63,270 nucleotides of DNA, filler included, from 8 parts of 8 records of this genome joined end to end with filler, not necessarily neighbours in it, one strand, 5' to 3'. Shown: positions 27,780-37,981, counted from the first letter of the whole stretch. Translations and numbers: made by a program. Notes: generated from the letters alone by a model not told the origin.

Positions 27780-27799
27780 AAAAAGGGCCTAAGAGGCCC
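27780..27799 (-). terminator. Putative intrinsic terminator
   Basis: GGGCCT-CTT-AGGCCC hairpin followed by a T tract on the minus strand. Confidence 0.45.
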
Positions 27800-27804
27800 A
27801 CACC

Positions 27805-27981
27805 CTATTTTACGAATTTAAAACCACCGTTGTTGCACTTCCGGCACTCTTTACACATGGGAACAATGGCACCGTTGTAGGTATTGGGGGAAGACCCATC
27901 TTTGAGCTGCACCATTCGCACGTCTTGATTATTGCAATACTGAGAGATTCCCGTTTTTCCGCATTTTTTCTTGCTTTTCAT
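27805..27981 (-). CDS. 58-aa Cys-rich phage protein (not in ORF track)
   Basis: MKSKKKCGKTGISQYC...MCKECRKC...; ATGA overlap with the MTase stop. Confidence 0.6.
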   Translation of the reverse strand: MKSKKKCGKTGISQYCNNQDVRMVQLKDGSSPNTYNGAIVPMCKECRKCNNGGFKFVK

Positions 27982-28847
27982 GAGTTCACCGCCTTTTCAA
28001 CATCGTTTGTGAAGAGCCCCAATTGCCCGTGATTTACATCTTTATCTTTTACAGGCCTTTTCTTCTTCCGACCTTTTAACAAGCCTACGGCGCCTGTCTG
28101 CGCTTTTACGCTTTTCAGAAACGCATCCAGACCTCCGAAACCTCCGTCTTCCAGTATCCGGCAAAACGCATCGACAACAGGGACCCCGTCAGGCGTGACC
28201 ATATCAATAATCCCTGGCACATTTTCCATGACCATCATTTTCGGCTGTATTTCGCAGATAAGCCTGGCAAAATCGAAAACTAAACTGTTCCGAGGGTCCA
28301 TCACATTTTGTTTTCCGCCGCGGCTGAACCCCTGGCAAGGTGGTCCACCTGCAACAAGGTCCACCTCGCCCTTAGCCAAACCAACCACATCGAGAATTTT
28401 CTTTCCCGTCATTTTTTTTACGTCGCCCAAGAAAAAATGTCCGACACCAGCCGTTTCAGGATGATGGCTTATCCATCCGGATCCACTGACAGGCATGACA
28501 GCAATCCCGTTTTTAGTGTCGCGCTTTAACTGCTTTTGCAGCTCTCTTTCCATCGCCTCGAAGTCATCGTCCGTCGCAAAATGGAATTTACATGGAAAGG
28601 ACCCAAGGTTTGTCATGTACGTCATAGCGGCCACAGCCCAATGATCGACGGCCGCCACTACGTCGAACCCTGCTTGCATGAGCCCCAGAGACATCCCGCC
28701 AGCGCCGGCAAAAATGTCTATCGCCTTCGGCCGGGCACGCTCTCTTGCCGCTTCTTCGGTCAAGATTAATCCGGATGGTAATTCGACGTAATTATTTGCT
28801 GTATTCATCATCGTTTTCCCCCTCTTCCACAAATCATCCTGCAACAT
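27978..28847 (-). CDS. C5-cytosine DNA methyltransferase, N-terminal half only
   Basis: Motif I DIFAGAGG, motif IV GGPPCQGFS, motif VI ENVPG; no QxRxR, TRD or motifs IX/X seen. Confidence 0.85.
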   Translation of the reverse strand: MLQDDLWKRGKTMMNTANNYVELPSGLILTEEAARERARPKAIDIFAGAGGMSLGLMQAGFDVVAAVDHWAVAAMTYMTNLGSFPCKFHFATDDDFEAMERELQKQLKRDTKNGIAVMPVSGSGWISHHPETAGVGHFFLGDVKKMTGKKILDVVGLAKGEVDLVAGGPPCQGFSRGGKQNVMDPRNSLVFDFARLICEIQPKMMVMENVPGIIDMVTPDGVPVVDAFCRILEDGGFGGLDAFLKSVKAQTGAVGLLKGRKKKRPVKDKDVNHGQLGLFTNDVEKAVNS

Positions 28848-28850
28848 GCC

Positions 28851-29072
28851 TCAAAACAACCTCATCTGGTCTCCAGGCAAATACAACCATTCGCGCGGCC
28901 ACAAAACTGATTTATCCCACCTGATCCATTGCGACCGCTCGGGATCGCCTTTGGCTGGGCGGCATCGCCACATGTCGTCCATTTGGGGATGTTGTGGGTA
29001 GCATTCCATTTCTCGCCCGGTTGATTTGCAGGACCCGATTATCGGTTTTTTGCACTGCCAGATTTTATTCAT
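28851..29072 (-). CDS. Phage hypothetical protein
   Basis: MNKIWQCKKP...GDQMRLF*; coupled to the upstream ORF. Confidence 0.55.
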   Translation of the reverse strand: MNKIWQCKKPIIGSCKSTGREMECYPQHPQMDDMWRCRPAKGDPERSQWIRWDKSVLWPREWLYLPGDQMRLF

Positions 29073-29217
29073 CTTTTTCCAATCGCTCCAGAAACTCCCA
29101 AAGGTCATCCCGCCGCCCGCCGGCACGAAAGTTTTCCTCTTGATGCTTCTCCACGTCAAACGGGATCGGGTCGTCATCCAATTCAGGATGGTAAGGCTTC
29201 GGGGCGGCCGGGCTCAT
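29065..29217 (-). CDS. 50-aa acidic phage protein (not in ORF track)
   Basis: MSPAAPKPYHPELDDDPIPFDVEK...EKDE*; overlaps both neighbouring ORFs. Confidence 0.55.
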   Translation of the reverse strand: MSPAAPKPYHPELDDDPIPFDVEKHQEENFRAGGRRDDLWEFLERLEKDE

Positions 29218-29399
29218 GATGAAAAACCATATTCAATAAAAAACCTGACCGTGAAGAACAGCCATTTAAAATAGTACATTCCGAGTTTCAAATTTAAGGC
29301 AGGCTTCCATCGCCAATAAAGCACGTTGACCCCAAAACTGACCCGGAACCCTGCAATTCTTTTCCCGTTGTATTTTCCTTTGGGCCATCGGATTTCCAT
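29214..29399 (-). CDS. Phage hypothetical protein
   Basis: MEIRWPKGKYNGKRIAGF; TGATG coupling. Confidence 0.6.
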   Translation of the reverse strand: MEIRWPKGKYNGKRIAGFRVSFGVNVLYWRWKPALNLKLGMYYFKWLFFTVRFFIEYGFSS

Positions 29400-29506
29400 C
29401 ACGCAATTACCGCCACCTCCGGCAGTTTATCTTTGATCCATTCGGCAATCCGCTGAATGGCTGTCAGCTTCCATGCTCCGCCGTCTGCTTCGTACAGGGC
29501 GCCCTG
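29399..29506 (-). CDS. C-terminus of a conserved phage protein, interrupted by a CRISPR repeat
   Basis: QGALYEADGGAWKLTAIQRIAEWIKDKLPEVAVIA*; I recognise ALxEADGGAW as a phage-protein motif. Confidence 0.65.
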   Translation of the reverse strand, partial: QGALYEADGGAWKLTAIQRIAEWIKDKLPEVAVIA

Positions 29507-29625
29507 CGACTCATCCCCGCGCCCGTGGGTGAAACCGTCGCCAACTGGATCAGTCCTTTCGAAGACTCGACTCATCCCCGCGCCCGTGGGTGAAACTGGG
29601 CCGGGTTCCGCAACCAGTACAAATC
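29507..29625 (-). CRISPR. Type I-E-like CRISPR fragment: 2 identical 29-nt repeats, one 32-nt spacer, one partial spacer
   Basis: CGACTCATCCCCGCGCCCGTGGGTGAAAC at 29507-29535 and 29568-29596 (61-nt period); reverse complement GTTTCACCCACGGGCGCGGGGATGAGTCG resembles I-E repeats. Confidence 0.8.
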
Positions 29626-29725
29626 NNNNNNNNNNNNNNNNNNNNNNNNNNNNNNNNNNNNNNNNNNNNTTAATTAATTAANNNNNNNNNNNNNNNNNNN
29701 NNNNNNNNNNNNNNNNNNNNNNNNN
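29626..29725. other. Artificial contig linker
   Basis: N run with TTAATTAATTAA. Confidence 0.98.
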
Positions 29726-30609
29726 AACCGGCTGACATGGGGCAGGAGAATGGCATTGCATTCGCCATGGGGAAGGTCATAGAAGCCCCCAAGCTGGTGG
29801 GCCATGGCATGGACGTGACCCAGGCTGGCATTGTTGAAGGCCATGCCGGCAAGGTATTGGGCAAAACACATCCCTTCCCTGGCTTGAATATCTTCCCCGT
29901 TTGCCACGGCCGGGCGGAGATGGGTGGCAATGAGTTCAATGGCTTTTTCCGCAGCAGAATCGGTCATGGGGTTGGCAATGGTGGAAACATAAGCTTCAAC
30001 GGCATGGGTGAGGGCATCCATGCCGGTGGCAGCAGTGAGAGCCGGCGGCATGCCGACCATGAGCATTGGGTCGTCAATGGCCACGCCCGGGGTTACCCGC
30101 CAGTCCACAATGGCCATCTTTACCTTTCTTTTTGTGTCGGTGATGATACAGAACCGGGTCATTTCAGAGGCCGTTCCTGCGGTGGTGTTTACCGCCACAT
30201 AGGGAGGCATGGGAGCTGTTGACTGGTCGACCCCTTCATAGTCGTGTATGGTGCCGCCGTTGGCCACCACCAGACCGATACCCTTGCCGCAGTCATGGGC
30301 ACTGCCGCCGCCCAGTGTGATCAGGGAATCGCATTGGGCGGATTTATAGGTTTCAACCCCTTCAGCCACATTGGTGTCCGTGGGGTTGGGAACGGTATCA
30401 TCATATATAACCCAGTCCATGCCGGAAGCCTTGAGGCTTTCGGTGACCTGGCCGGTGATGCCGGCGGCTGTGATGCCCTTGTCGGCAACGATGAGGGGGG
30501 TTTTTCCACCTAGTGCCTTAATTTTCTCAGGGATTTCTTTGCTCGCACCGATTCCGACCAGGGTGACACTGGGAATAAAATAACTATAGACTTGTTCGAT
30601 AGCTGCCAT
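29726..30609 (-). CDS. Iron-containing alcohol dehydrogenase (3' truncated)
   Basis: GGGSAHD, NTTAGTASE, DALTHAVE, HAMAHQLGG..LPHG. Confidence 0.93.
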
Positions 30610-30700
30610 GATTTACCATCCTTTGTTTAGATTCTTAAAAAATCGGCCCCGCTGGGGCATTATTCCGGAATGGCAGTTTTGCCATTTCCTTCCTATTTAG

Positions 30701-30716
30701 AGCAAATCATGTGCCA
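30701..30716 (-). promoter_or_regulatory. Sigma54 -24/-12 promoter of the ADH gene
   Basis: TGGCAC-ATGAT-TTGCT on the minus strand. Confidence 0.85.
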
Positions 30717-30772
30717 TTAATAGTTTTTTGTTTTATTTCAAATACTTAATCATCACACCACCTATTAGGCCA

Positions 30773-30936
30773 GGCGTTATTTTGCCCCGGAAGCGGGGAC
30801 AAAAGTCATTGCAGCGGTCCTTTCGGAAATAGGGAGGTGGATGATAATCGTTTGATATTACAAAAGATACACCATAGCTTGAAAAACGGCGGGGCAAAAT
30901 ACCCCTCGACTTTCTTGAGTGGGACATTTTATCCCC
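30773..30936. promoter_or_regulatory. Four putative enhancer (UAS) sites
   Basis: Imperfect GGG(G/A)CA-Nx-CCC palindromes at 30773-30788, 30795-30808, 30891-30905 and 30921-30936. Confidence 0.55.
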
Positions 30937-30939
30937 TTA

Positions 30940-32280
30940 CTACCCTTCCGTGTATTGGGACAGTTTTCTGTACAGGGTCTTTCTATTGATCCCAAGAACC
31001 TCAGCTGTCTTCCGCCGGTTACCGCTGAAATAGTCGAGCATTTTCATTATATGCTGGCGTTCAACAGAGGCCAGGGAGAGGGGAACACTCTCTTCCCGGC
31101 CCCCCTCCACCAATTCTCTTGGCAGGCACCGTTCCGTAATCAGCCCGCTTTCAGACAGTATAATGGACCGCTCAAGTACATTTCGAAGTTCCCTTACATT
31201 ACCCGGCCATTGATACCGCCAAATCGCATCCATGGCTTTATCCACAACCCTGGGCGGCTGGCTGCCCGGACTTAAGGTGGTCAGAAAATAATCCACCAGC
31301 AGGGGCAGATCCTCCTTTCGTTCCCTCAGGGGAGGAATCTCAATGTTAAAGGCATTGATGCGGTGAAAAAAAGCCTCGTTAAAGCAGCTTGCGGCAACCT
31401 CTTCCGCCAGCCGGCGGTTGGTGGCAAATAAAAAACGGATACTGACCTTCCGTTCTTCTTTCTCGCCGATCCGCCGATATGACTGGGTTTCAAGTGCCCG
31501 CAGAAGAGAGGCCTGAACTTCAAGGGGCAATTCCCCGATCTCATCCAGAAAGAGAGTGCTTTCATGGGCAAAGGCCATGAGGCCCTCCTGGGTCTGTGTG
31601 GCACCGGTAAAGGCCCCTTTGACGTGGCCGAAAAGCTCGCTTCTGGCCAGTTCTTTCTGCAGGGAGGCGCAGTTTTTCGCTATCATGGGACTTGCCCCGC
31701 AGGCAGAGCCCTGGTGTATCATTCGGGCCACCACATCCTTGCCCGAACCTGATTCTCCGGTAATAAGCACCGGAATTCTGGCCGGGGCCACCTTGTTCAC
31801 CAGAAATTTCACCTCTTGAATGGCCCTGGACTTGCCGATAAATTTGACCGCATTCCTGGAGCTGTCGGCACTGTGCCTAAGCATGGCATTTTCCCGGGAA
31901 AGGCGGACCCGCTGGTGGGCCTTTTCCACGACAAGCGCCAGTCTGTCCAGATTGAAAGGCTTCCGGATGAAATCATAGGCCCCCAGCTTCATGGCTTCCA
32001 CGGCCGTGTCAATGTCCCCGTGTCCTGTTATCAGGATAAGTTCACAGTCGGGAGCGGATTCCCTGATTTTTATGAGAAGATCAAGCCCTTTTACATCCGG
32101 CAGTTTTAAATCCAGGAGCACCACGTCAAACCAGAAATCCCTGACCATCTCCATTCCCCGGCTGCCGTTTTCCGCAGTATGGACCGTACACCGGGAATCG
32201 GCGAGCTCATTTTTCAACAGGCGGCGGATGGGTTCCTCATCATCAATAACCAGAATATTGTACTTTTCTTTTAAGATCAT
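30940..32280 (-). CDS. Sigma54-dependent response regulator (NtrC family)
   Basis: Receiver domain, GESGSGKD, GAFTGA, LFLDEIGE, C-terminal Fis HTH. Confidence 0.95.
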   Translation of the reverse strand: MILKEKYNILVIDDEEPIRRLLKNELADSRCTVHTAENGSRGMEMVRDFWFDVVLLDLKLPDVKGLDLLIKIRESAPDCELILITGHGDIDTAVEAMKLGAYDFIRKPFNLDRLALVVEKAHQRVRLSRENAMLRHSADSSRNAVKFIGKSRAIQEVKFLVNKVAPARIPVLITGESGSGKDVVARMIHQGSACGASPMIAKNCASLQKELARSELFGHVKGAFTGATQTQEGLMAFAHESTLFLDEIGELPLEVQASLLRALETQSYRRIGEKEERKVSIRFLFATNRRLAEEVAASCFNEAFFHRINAFNIEIPPLRERKEDLPLLVDYFLTTLSPGSQPPRVVDKAMDAIWRYQWPGNVRELRNVLERSIILSESGLITERCLPRELVEGGREESVPLSLASVERQHIMKMLDYFSGNRRKTAEVLGINRKTLYRKLSQYTEG

Positions 32281-33476
32281 AAATTCATCCCCGGGATGGT
32301 AACCCTAAACACAGACCCCGAATCGGGCCGGCTTTGAACATGAATATCCCCTTTATGGCTTTTAACAATGGCATAGCATGTGGACAAGCCGATGCCCACT
32401 CCCCTCCCCACAGGTTTGGTGGTAAAAAACGGTTCGAACAATTTATCCTGTTCCTCCAGAGGAATGCCGCATCCAGTATCCTTAATCGTAAGCATCACGC
32501 CCCCTTCTGCATCAATTCCGGTTGAAATAACGATGACCCCTTCTTCTTCAATGGCATCAAAGGCATTGGTCAAAAGATTAATAATCACCTGTTTGAGCTG
32601 GGATTCGTCGCCCCTGATCAGGGGAAGGGAATCCGACAATTCGGTCCGGAGTTCAATGCCCGGCCGCCCTTTGAAATGGTGCTTGAGGAGAAAGAGGGTG
32701 TCGTTGATACAGGTGTTGATGTCTACGGGACTATGGCTGGCAGCCTTGGGCCGGCTGAAGGTCAGCAGAGTCTGGACGATGTCCCGGCAGCGGAGGCATT
32801 CTTTGATGATGGTGTCGGTATACTCCGTGAACTCCTGCCCAATACCGGGATCAATCCTGCCCTCTATTTTTTTTATCCGCCGGCTCAACCCCTGGGCAAA
32901 CCCGTTGATGGCCGTAAGGGGATTGTTGATTTCATGGGCTACGCCCGCAGCAAGAGTGCCCACCGTGGCCATTTTTTCCGCCTGGTAAAACTGGACCTGG
33001 TACTCTTTTTCCAGGGTAACGTCCCGCTTAAACACCAACACCTGCCGCTCCCGGGCTGAAGTTGTTTTCAAAGGGGAGGCTATGATTTCGTACTGCCGGT
33101 ACCTTCCGTCGACCCTGTATATGATAATATCCTTTACCACCTCATTACGGTCCAGGGCTTTGAGAGCAGGACAATTACTACATCGCCCCGTTTCATTGCG
33201 CAGCACCTCATGGCAGTGCATCCCCACAGGATCTGTGCCCGGATACCATTTGGAGAAAACATGGTTGACCCGCTGGACCACCAGGTCTTCGGAAAGCACG
33301 ATCATCAGGTCGGTAATCCCGTCCAGGAGGGCCTGGTTCTCCTTTCGCTTTTCTTCCAGTTTGAGGTTGGATTTTTTGAGTTGTGCCACTTTCTGCTGGA
33401 GTTCCTGGTAGAACCCCAACTTGCAATATTCAATACCCACCAGGTCTTCAAGGGTCGTTAAATTATCCATCACCAC
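32277..33476 (-). CDS. PAS sensor histidine kinase
   Basis: PAS domain, AHEINNPL H-box, N/G1/F/G2 boxes; cytoplasmic. Confidence 0.93.
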   Translation of the reverse strand: MVMDNLTTLEDLVGIEYCKLGFYQELQQKVAQLKKSNLKLEEKRKENQALLDGITDLMIVLSEDLVVQRVNHVFSKWYPGTDPVGMHCHEVLRNETGRCSNCPALKALDRNEVVKDIIIYRVDGRYRQYEIIASPLKTTSARERQVLVFKRDVTLEKEYQVQFYQAEKMATVGTLAAGVAHEINNPLTAINGFAQGLSRRIKKIEGRIDPGIGQEFTEYTDTIIKECLRCRDIVQTLLTFSRPKAASHSPVDINTCINDTLFLLKHHFKGRPGIELRTELSDSLPLIRGDESQLKQVIINLLTNAFDAIEEEGVIVISTGIDAEGGVMLTIKDTGCGIPLEEQDKLFEPFFTTKPVGRGVGIGLSTCYAIVKSHKGDIHVQSRPDSGSVFRVTIPGMNL

Positions 33477-34618
33477 ACCTCCATGCAGATTTTGAGCAAA
33501 GCGTCATGGGTTAACGGTTTTGGGTTGGTCAGGCAGCAGACATCTTTAGCGGCCATCCGTGCAATGGGCTCAAGAAAGTCTTTTCCCTTTTCACCAACCT
33601 CATCCCGCAGGCGGAGAGGGACCTGAAATCCTGAAAAAAAATCAACCAGGGCATCAATGCCCTCAAGGGAAGTTCGATGGTCAGAGCCCTTCTGGCCTCC
33701 CAAAATGATCCGGCCGATGTCCGCCATCTTATCCTCACAGCTGTCCAGGTTGAACCGCATCACGGCGGCCAGGAGGATGGGGTGTACGGCCCCGTGGGGC
33801 AGATCAAAATAGCCGCCAAGGGAGTGGGCCAATGCATGTTCAGCCCCCAGACTGGCATTGCTGAAAGCAATTGAGGCAGAGACCGAAGCAATGCTCAACT
33901 GCTCAAGGGCATCCAGGGACCGCGTCTCCACAGCTCTTTTCAGGTTCTGATGGATCAATTCAATAGCCTTGAGGGAATGCATCCGTGTAAAGGGAGAGGC
34001 AATCACGGACAGATAGGCTTCAATTGCGTGGGATAGGGCATCTACGGCACTCCAGATAATCAGGGTCTCACTTTTGGTACGGAGAATAAGGGGATCCACA
34101 ATGGAAATATTGGGTACAAGGGTCCGGCTGATGATGGGCATCTTCACGGCACGCTCCCTGTCCGTAATAATGGCAAACTGTGAAATATCCGATCCGCTGC
34201 CTGCGGTGGTGGTGATGAGGACCATGGGCGGCAGGGGGCGGTCCACTTTATTGGCCCCCTCATAATCTTTTATCCTCCCGCCGTTATTGACCAGGATTGC
34301 AATCCCCTTTGCCGTATCCATTGGGCTGCCCCCGCCGATGGCAATGATGACATCCGCACGATTCTTGAGGTAGAGCTCGGCCCCCTGCTCCACCTGAAAG
34401 TCCCTGGGGTTAGAGGTCACTCCCGGGTAATAGACCCATTCAATGCCGACTTTTTTGAATATGTCCATGAGGCGCTCCAGCCATCCGGCCTTTTCTATCC
34501 CCGTATCACTCACCAAAAATACTTTTTTGGCCCCCAGCCTCAGGGCGCATTCGCCGGCATAATTCAAACTGCCCCGGCCGAAAATGATCTCGGGTATTGC
34601 AAATTTTATGATATCCAT
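33470..34618 (-). CDS. Iron-containing alcohol dehydrogenase-like protein coupled to the kinase (ErcA-like)
   Basis: KFAIPEIIFG, GGGSPMD, TTAGSGSD, HALAH; overlaps the kinase gene. Confidence 0.85.
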   Translation of the reverse strand: MDIIKFAIPEIIFGRGSLNYAGECALRLGAKKVFLVSDTGIEKAGWLERLMDIFKKVGIEWVYYPGVTSNPRDFQVEQGAELYLKNRADVIIAIGGGSPMDTAKGIAILVNNGGRIKDYEGANKVDRPLPPMVLITTTAGSGSDISQFAIITDRERAVKMPIISRTLVPNISIVDPLILRTKSETLIIWSAVDALSHAIEAYLSVIASPFTRMHSLKAIELIHQNLKRAVETRSLDALEQLSIASVSASIAFSNASLGAEHALAHSLGGYFDLPHGAVHPILLAAVMRFNLDSCEDKMADIGRIILGGQKGSDHRTSLEGIDALVDFFSGFQVPLRLRDEVGEKGKDFLEPIARMAAKDVCCLTNPKPLTHDALLKICMEVW

Positions 34619-34851
34619 TGATTTTGTCGCTTTTCTCTGATTAATACACGCGCTTTATCTGAACAGGGTTGCCTGCAGACTGATCCCCAAAGTTGGCCTT
34701 CAGGGTATGCAACGCTGGGGGTATTTAATCATGAAACGCCTTATCAGTCTAATCCTAAAATTCCAAAACGGATCCAGGACGCTGGCCCGTCATAATTTTC
34801 CACCCATTCCCCATGGACTGTAAAAAACCATTTGACAAAATTATTTCTTTA

Positions 34852-34951
34852 NNNNNNNNNNNNNNNNNNNNNNNNNNNNNNNNNNNNNNNNNNNNTTAAT
34901 TAATTAANNNNNNNNNNNNNNNNNNNNNNNNNNNNNNNNNNNNNNNNNNNN
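34852..34951. other. Artificial contig linker
   Basis: N run with TTAATTAATTAA. Confidence 0.98.
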
Positions 34952-37315
34952 AGGCTCTGATTCCATAACCTGACCAAAGGCTTTAAGGGCGCTCTCATAG
35001 CTTTTCTTAGCCTCTGCATGCAAACCGGTTTCAAGTAAAATAGCTCCCATTCCGTCAAGAACATTTGCATAGCCAAGCTGGTAAACGATACTTAACTGAT
35101 CAATTTCGAGTAATCTTCCGTAAGCATCAAGTGCTATCTCATATCTTACTTTTGCTTCGTCACTATTGCCTGCACCGCTTGCAATTTCTGCAATTCTGGA
35201 GTGTATTGCTGCTATCCTTTCAACAGGTAATACCTCTTCAGGATTCATCCCCGAAAGTTCAGCGTACGCATGAAGTGCCGATTCATACATTTTGCCTGAG
35301 TCTTCCAGATTTCCTTTATCAGCATGCATACTGGCTATATTTTCCATGACTGCTGCTCTGTTAAAAGTGATTGAGGTATCAGCCATACCTGTGTTAACAA
35401 GTTTATTATATCTTAAAAGCAGAAATTCCATAGCCTTCAGTTTTTCAGGTGTCTGCTTCTCAGCTACAGATGTCTTCATTCTGTCAAGCAACTGTGCTAT
35501 CTTTGTCAGGTATGTGGCTTCATTATCTGTTTCATGAAGCTGTTCATAGACCTCCAGAGCCTCTTCTGTCTGCCCTGTTGCAACCATCAGATCTGCTATC
35601 TTTTCCTGCAGCTTGCGTATATTGGAAGCATTTCTTCCCTCTTCATCAGGAGTAAGCCCAAGGATCTCGGTTCTGATGTCAATTATTATTTCATATTCCT
35701 TTTTCAGGAATTCCACATTTCCAGTGTTGTCTGCAATCTTTTCTTTCTCAAGAAGTATCGCATCTATTTTCTCTGAGTATCCTCTACCGATGCCACCATT
35801 TTTAATAAGTTGCATATAACTTTTCAGTGCATCATCAACGAGTCCCAGTTCATTCTGCATCCTTGCCACACTTTCCAGAACCTCATTCATTTTAGAACTG
35901 TCTCCGGTTGCATGTCTGACAGTCTCATAGGTTTTGAGGGCCTTTTTAAAATGATCTAGGGCTTCTGAGTATGTGTCTTTATCTGCAAGTATATTGCCGG
36001 TATCATTTGATATTCCAGCGCTTATGAGTCCGATTTCAAGGTTTCCCTGCCCGAAAGCTCTTATCTTTTTATCGAGTTCACTGTAGAGTTCCAGTTTCTT
36101 ATTGCTACCATCTGCCATCTCTATGAGTGCCAGCATGTCTTCAAGCATTACAACAACAACCTGTAGGGATGAGCTGTCATCTTTTTCCTTCTCAAGAACC
36201 TTTATTGCAAGCTCCACTGACTCCTGCATGTTCGGTATTGCTTCGTCTATCCGGCCAGCATCCTTTAACAGGTTTCCTATTATGTTCAGGGAAAAGGCCA
36301 CGTTTAGCTGGTATGATGTATTTTCCGGCATTGATCCTAAGAGTTTTCTGGACATTTGAAGTATTACCTCGTACATCTCCAGAAGTCTCTCAGACTGTTC
36401 TTCATTTTCCAGTAGCCTGTTCATGTCCCTGAGGATATCGATAAGCATTTTCCTGCTTACAGGGTCATCCGGCTTTTCATCAAAGAGTTTTGAAGCGATT
36501 TCCAGCGCTTCTTCAAGCTTTGTAAAGGCAGCTTCAGTGTTTCCTTCTTTTTCACGTATATGGGCAATGTTCCGCAAAGCTGTAGACATTTTCAATAACC
36601 CCGTATTGTTAGTATTAATCCCTGCATATTGCTCCAGCAATCTTGTATATCTTTCCTCATCTACTCCGGATATATCATCAAGAGGAATATTCAGCAGGTT
36701 TTCAAGTATCGTGCCCTTCTTTTGCAGGTATGCATCTTTTTCTTCGTCTTCGGCTGTTTTTTCATGGAAGTCAAAGGCTTCTTCCATAACCTCCAGAGCT
36801 TCTCCATGATGTCCTGTTTCTGCAAGCAAAGCACCCATGTTGTTTAATGTAGCCACGGCATTTGAGATGTGTGATACTTCTTGTGATTGCTTTTCAATGA
36901 GTTCTCTGTAATTCTGAGCAGCGATCTCATATTTAACCTTTGCTTTATCTTTTTCGCCTACACTCTCAAGTGCTGATGCCATATTGCTGAAGAAATTTGC
37001 CCTCTGTTCCTGGGGGAGTAACTCAGGTTTTTCTTCCAGGATATCAGAAGCTAAGTTGTATCTTTCAAGTGCTTCATCCTTTCTCTCTTGTGCGAACAAT
37101 AGGTCTGCATATGTTTGCAATATTGCAACGAGTATCCGGGATGAGTCTGCTTCCTTTGCCTGCTCCTCAGCTAATTTCAGTATCTCAAGGGCTTCTTCAT
37201 GTAGTCCTTTCTCGATGAGGCTTACTCCTTTATTGAAGTGCCTGAATGCCATATCTCTTGCTCTTTTAGACATAGTGATCCCGGTTTTTTTATGATAATT
37301 AAAAACATAGGTCAT
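34952..37315 (-). CDS. Large TPR protein (3' truncated)
   Basis: Repeated VATLNNMGALL, AFSLNIIGNLL helical repeats. Confidence 0.85.
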
Positions 37316-37384
37316 GCTATTTATATTTTCACAGAAAAATACAATTAAATAATATCATTTGCTCTGCTTTTAGGTGGAAGTATC

Positions 37385-37981
37385 TTATTTAACAGTAACC
37401 CTGTTACTGGTTATATTGATGACTTTTTCTATGAAATCACTTTCAGCTTCAGAATCAATTTCGATGACAATATTCACTATATCTGAGTATTCTGTTTCAA
37501 CAACATTTCCGTATCCTTCCACAAGTCTTGTGACAGTATCCATATCAGAATAACTCGATTCAATGTTTAAGCGTTTTTTATCACATACCTCAATGATTTC
37601 CGTATTTTCGATGGCTTCGGATACAGTTTCCCTGTATGCTCTTGCAAGACCTCCAAATCCAAGTTTAACACCACCGAAGTACCTGGTAACAACAACTACA
37701 ACGTTGCTGAGTCCTTTCATCTCCAGTACTTTTAAAACAGGTTTACCTGAGCTTCCGGCAGGTTCGCCATCGTCATCATATTTTACTGTAAAAACGCCAT
37801 TAGAATTGATAAGGTAAGCAGATACATTGTGATTGGCATCATTGTGTCTTACTTTTATTCCACGAATAAATTCTTTTGCTTCATTTTCATCCAGGACAGG
37901 ACTTGCATAGGCAATAAATTTAGAATTCTTTACTTCATTTATTGCATATCCCTCTTCTTTTAATGTTTTATGACCTGTCAC
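37385..37981 (-). CDS. YigZ/IMPACT family protein
   Basis: SKFIA, DANHN, DDGEPAGSSG, VTRYFGGVKLG. Confidence 0.93.
   Translation of the reverse strand: MTGHKTLKEEGYAINEVKNSKFIAYASPVLDENEAKEFIRGIKVRHNDANHNVSAYLINSNGVFTVKYDDDGEPAGSSGKPVLKVLEMKGLSNVVVVVTRYFGGVKLGFGGLARAYRETVSEAIENTEIIEVCDKKRLNIESSYSDMDTVTRLVEGYGNVVETEYSDIVNIVIEIDSEAESDFIEKVINITSNRVTVK

Larger units (their letters stand above)
21785..29506 (-). mobile_element. Prophage left arm (integration plus early/accessory genes), truncated
   Basis: Integrase and xis adjacent to host rel, followed by many tightly coupled short minus-strand phage-like ORFs. Confidence 0.88.
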
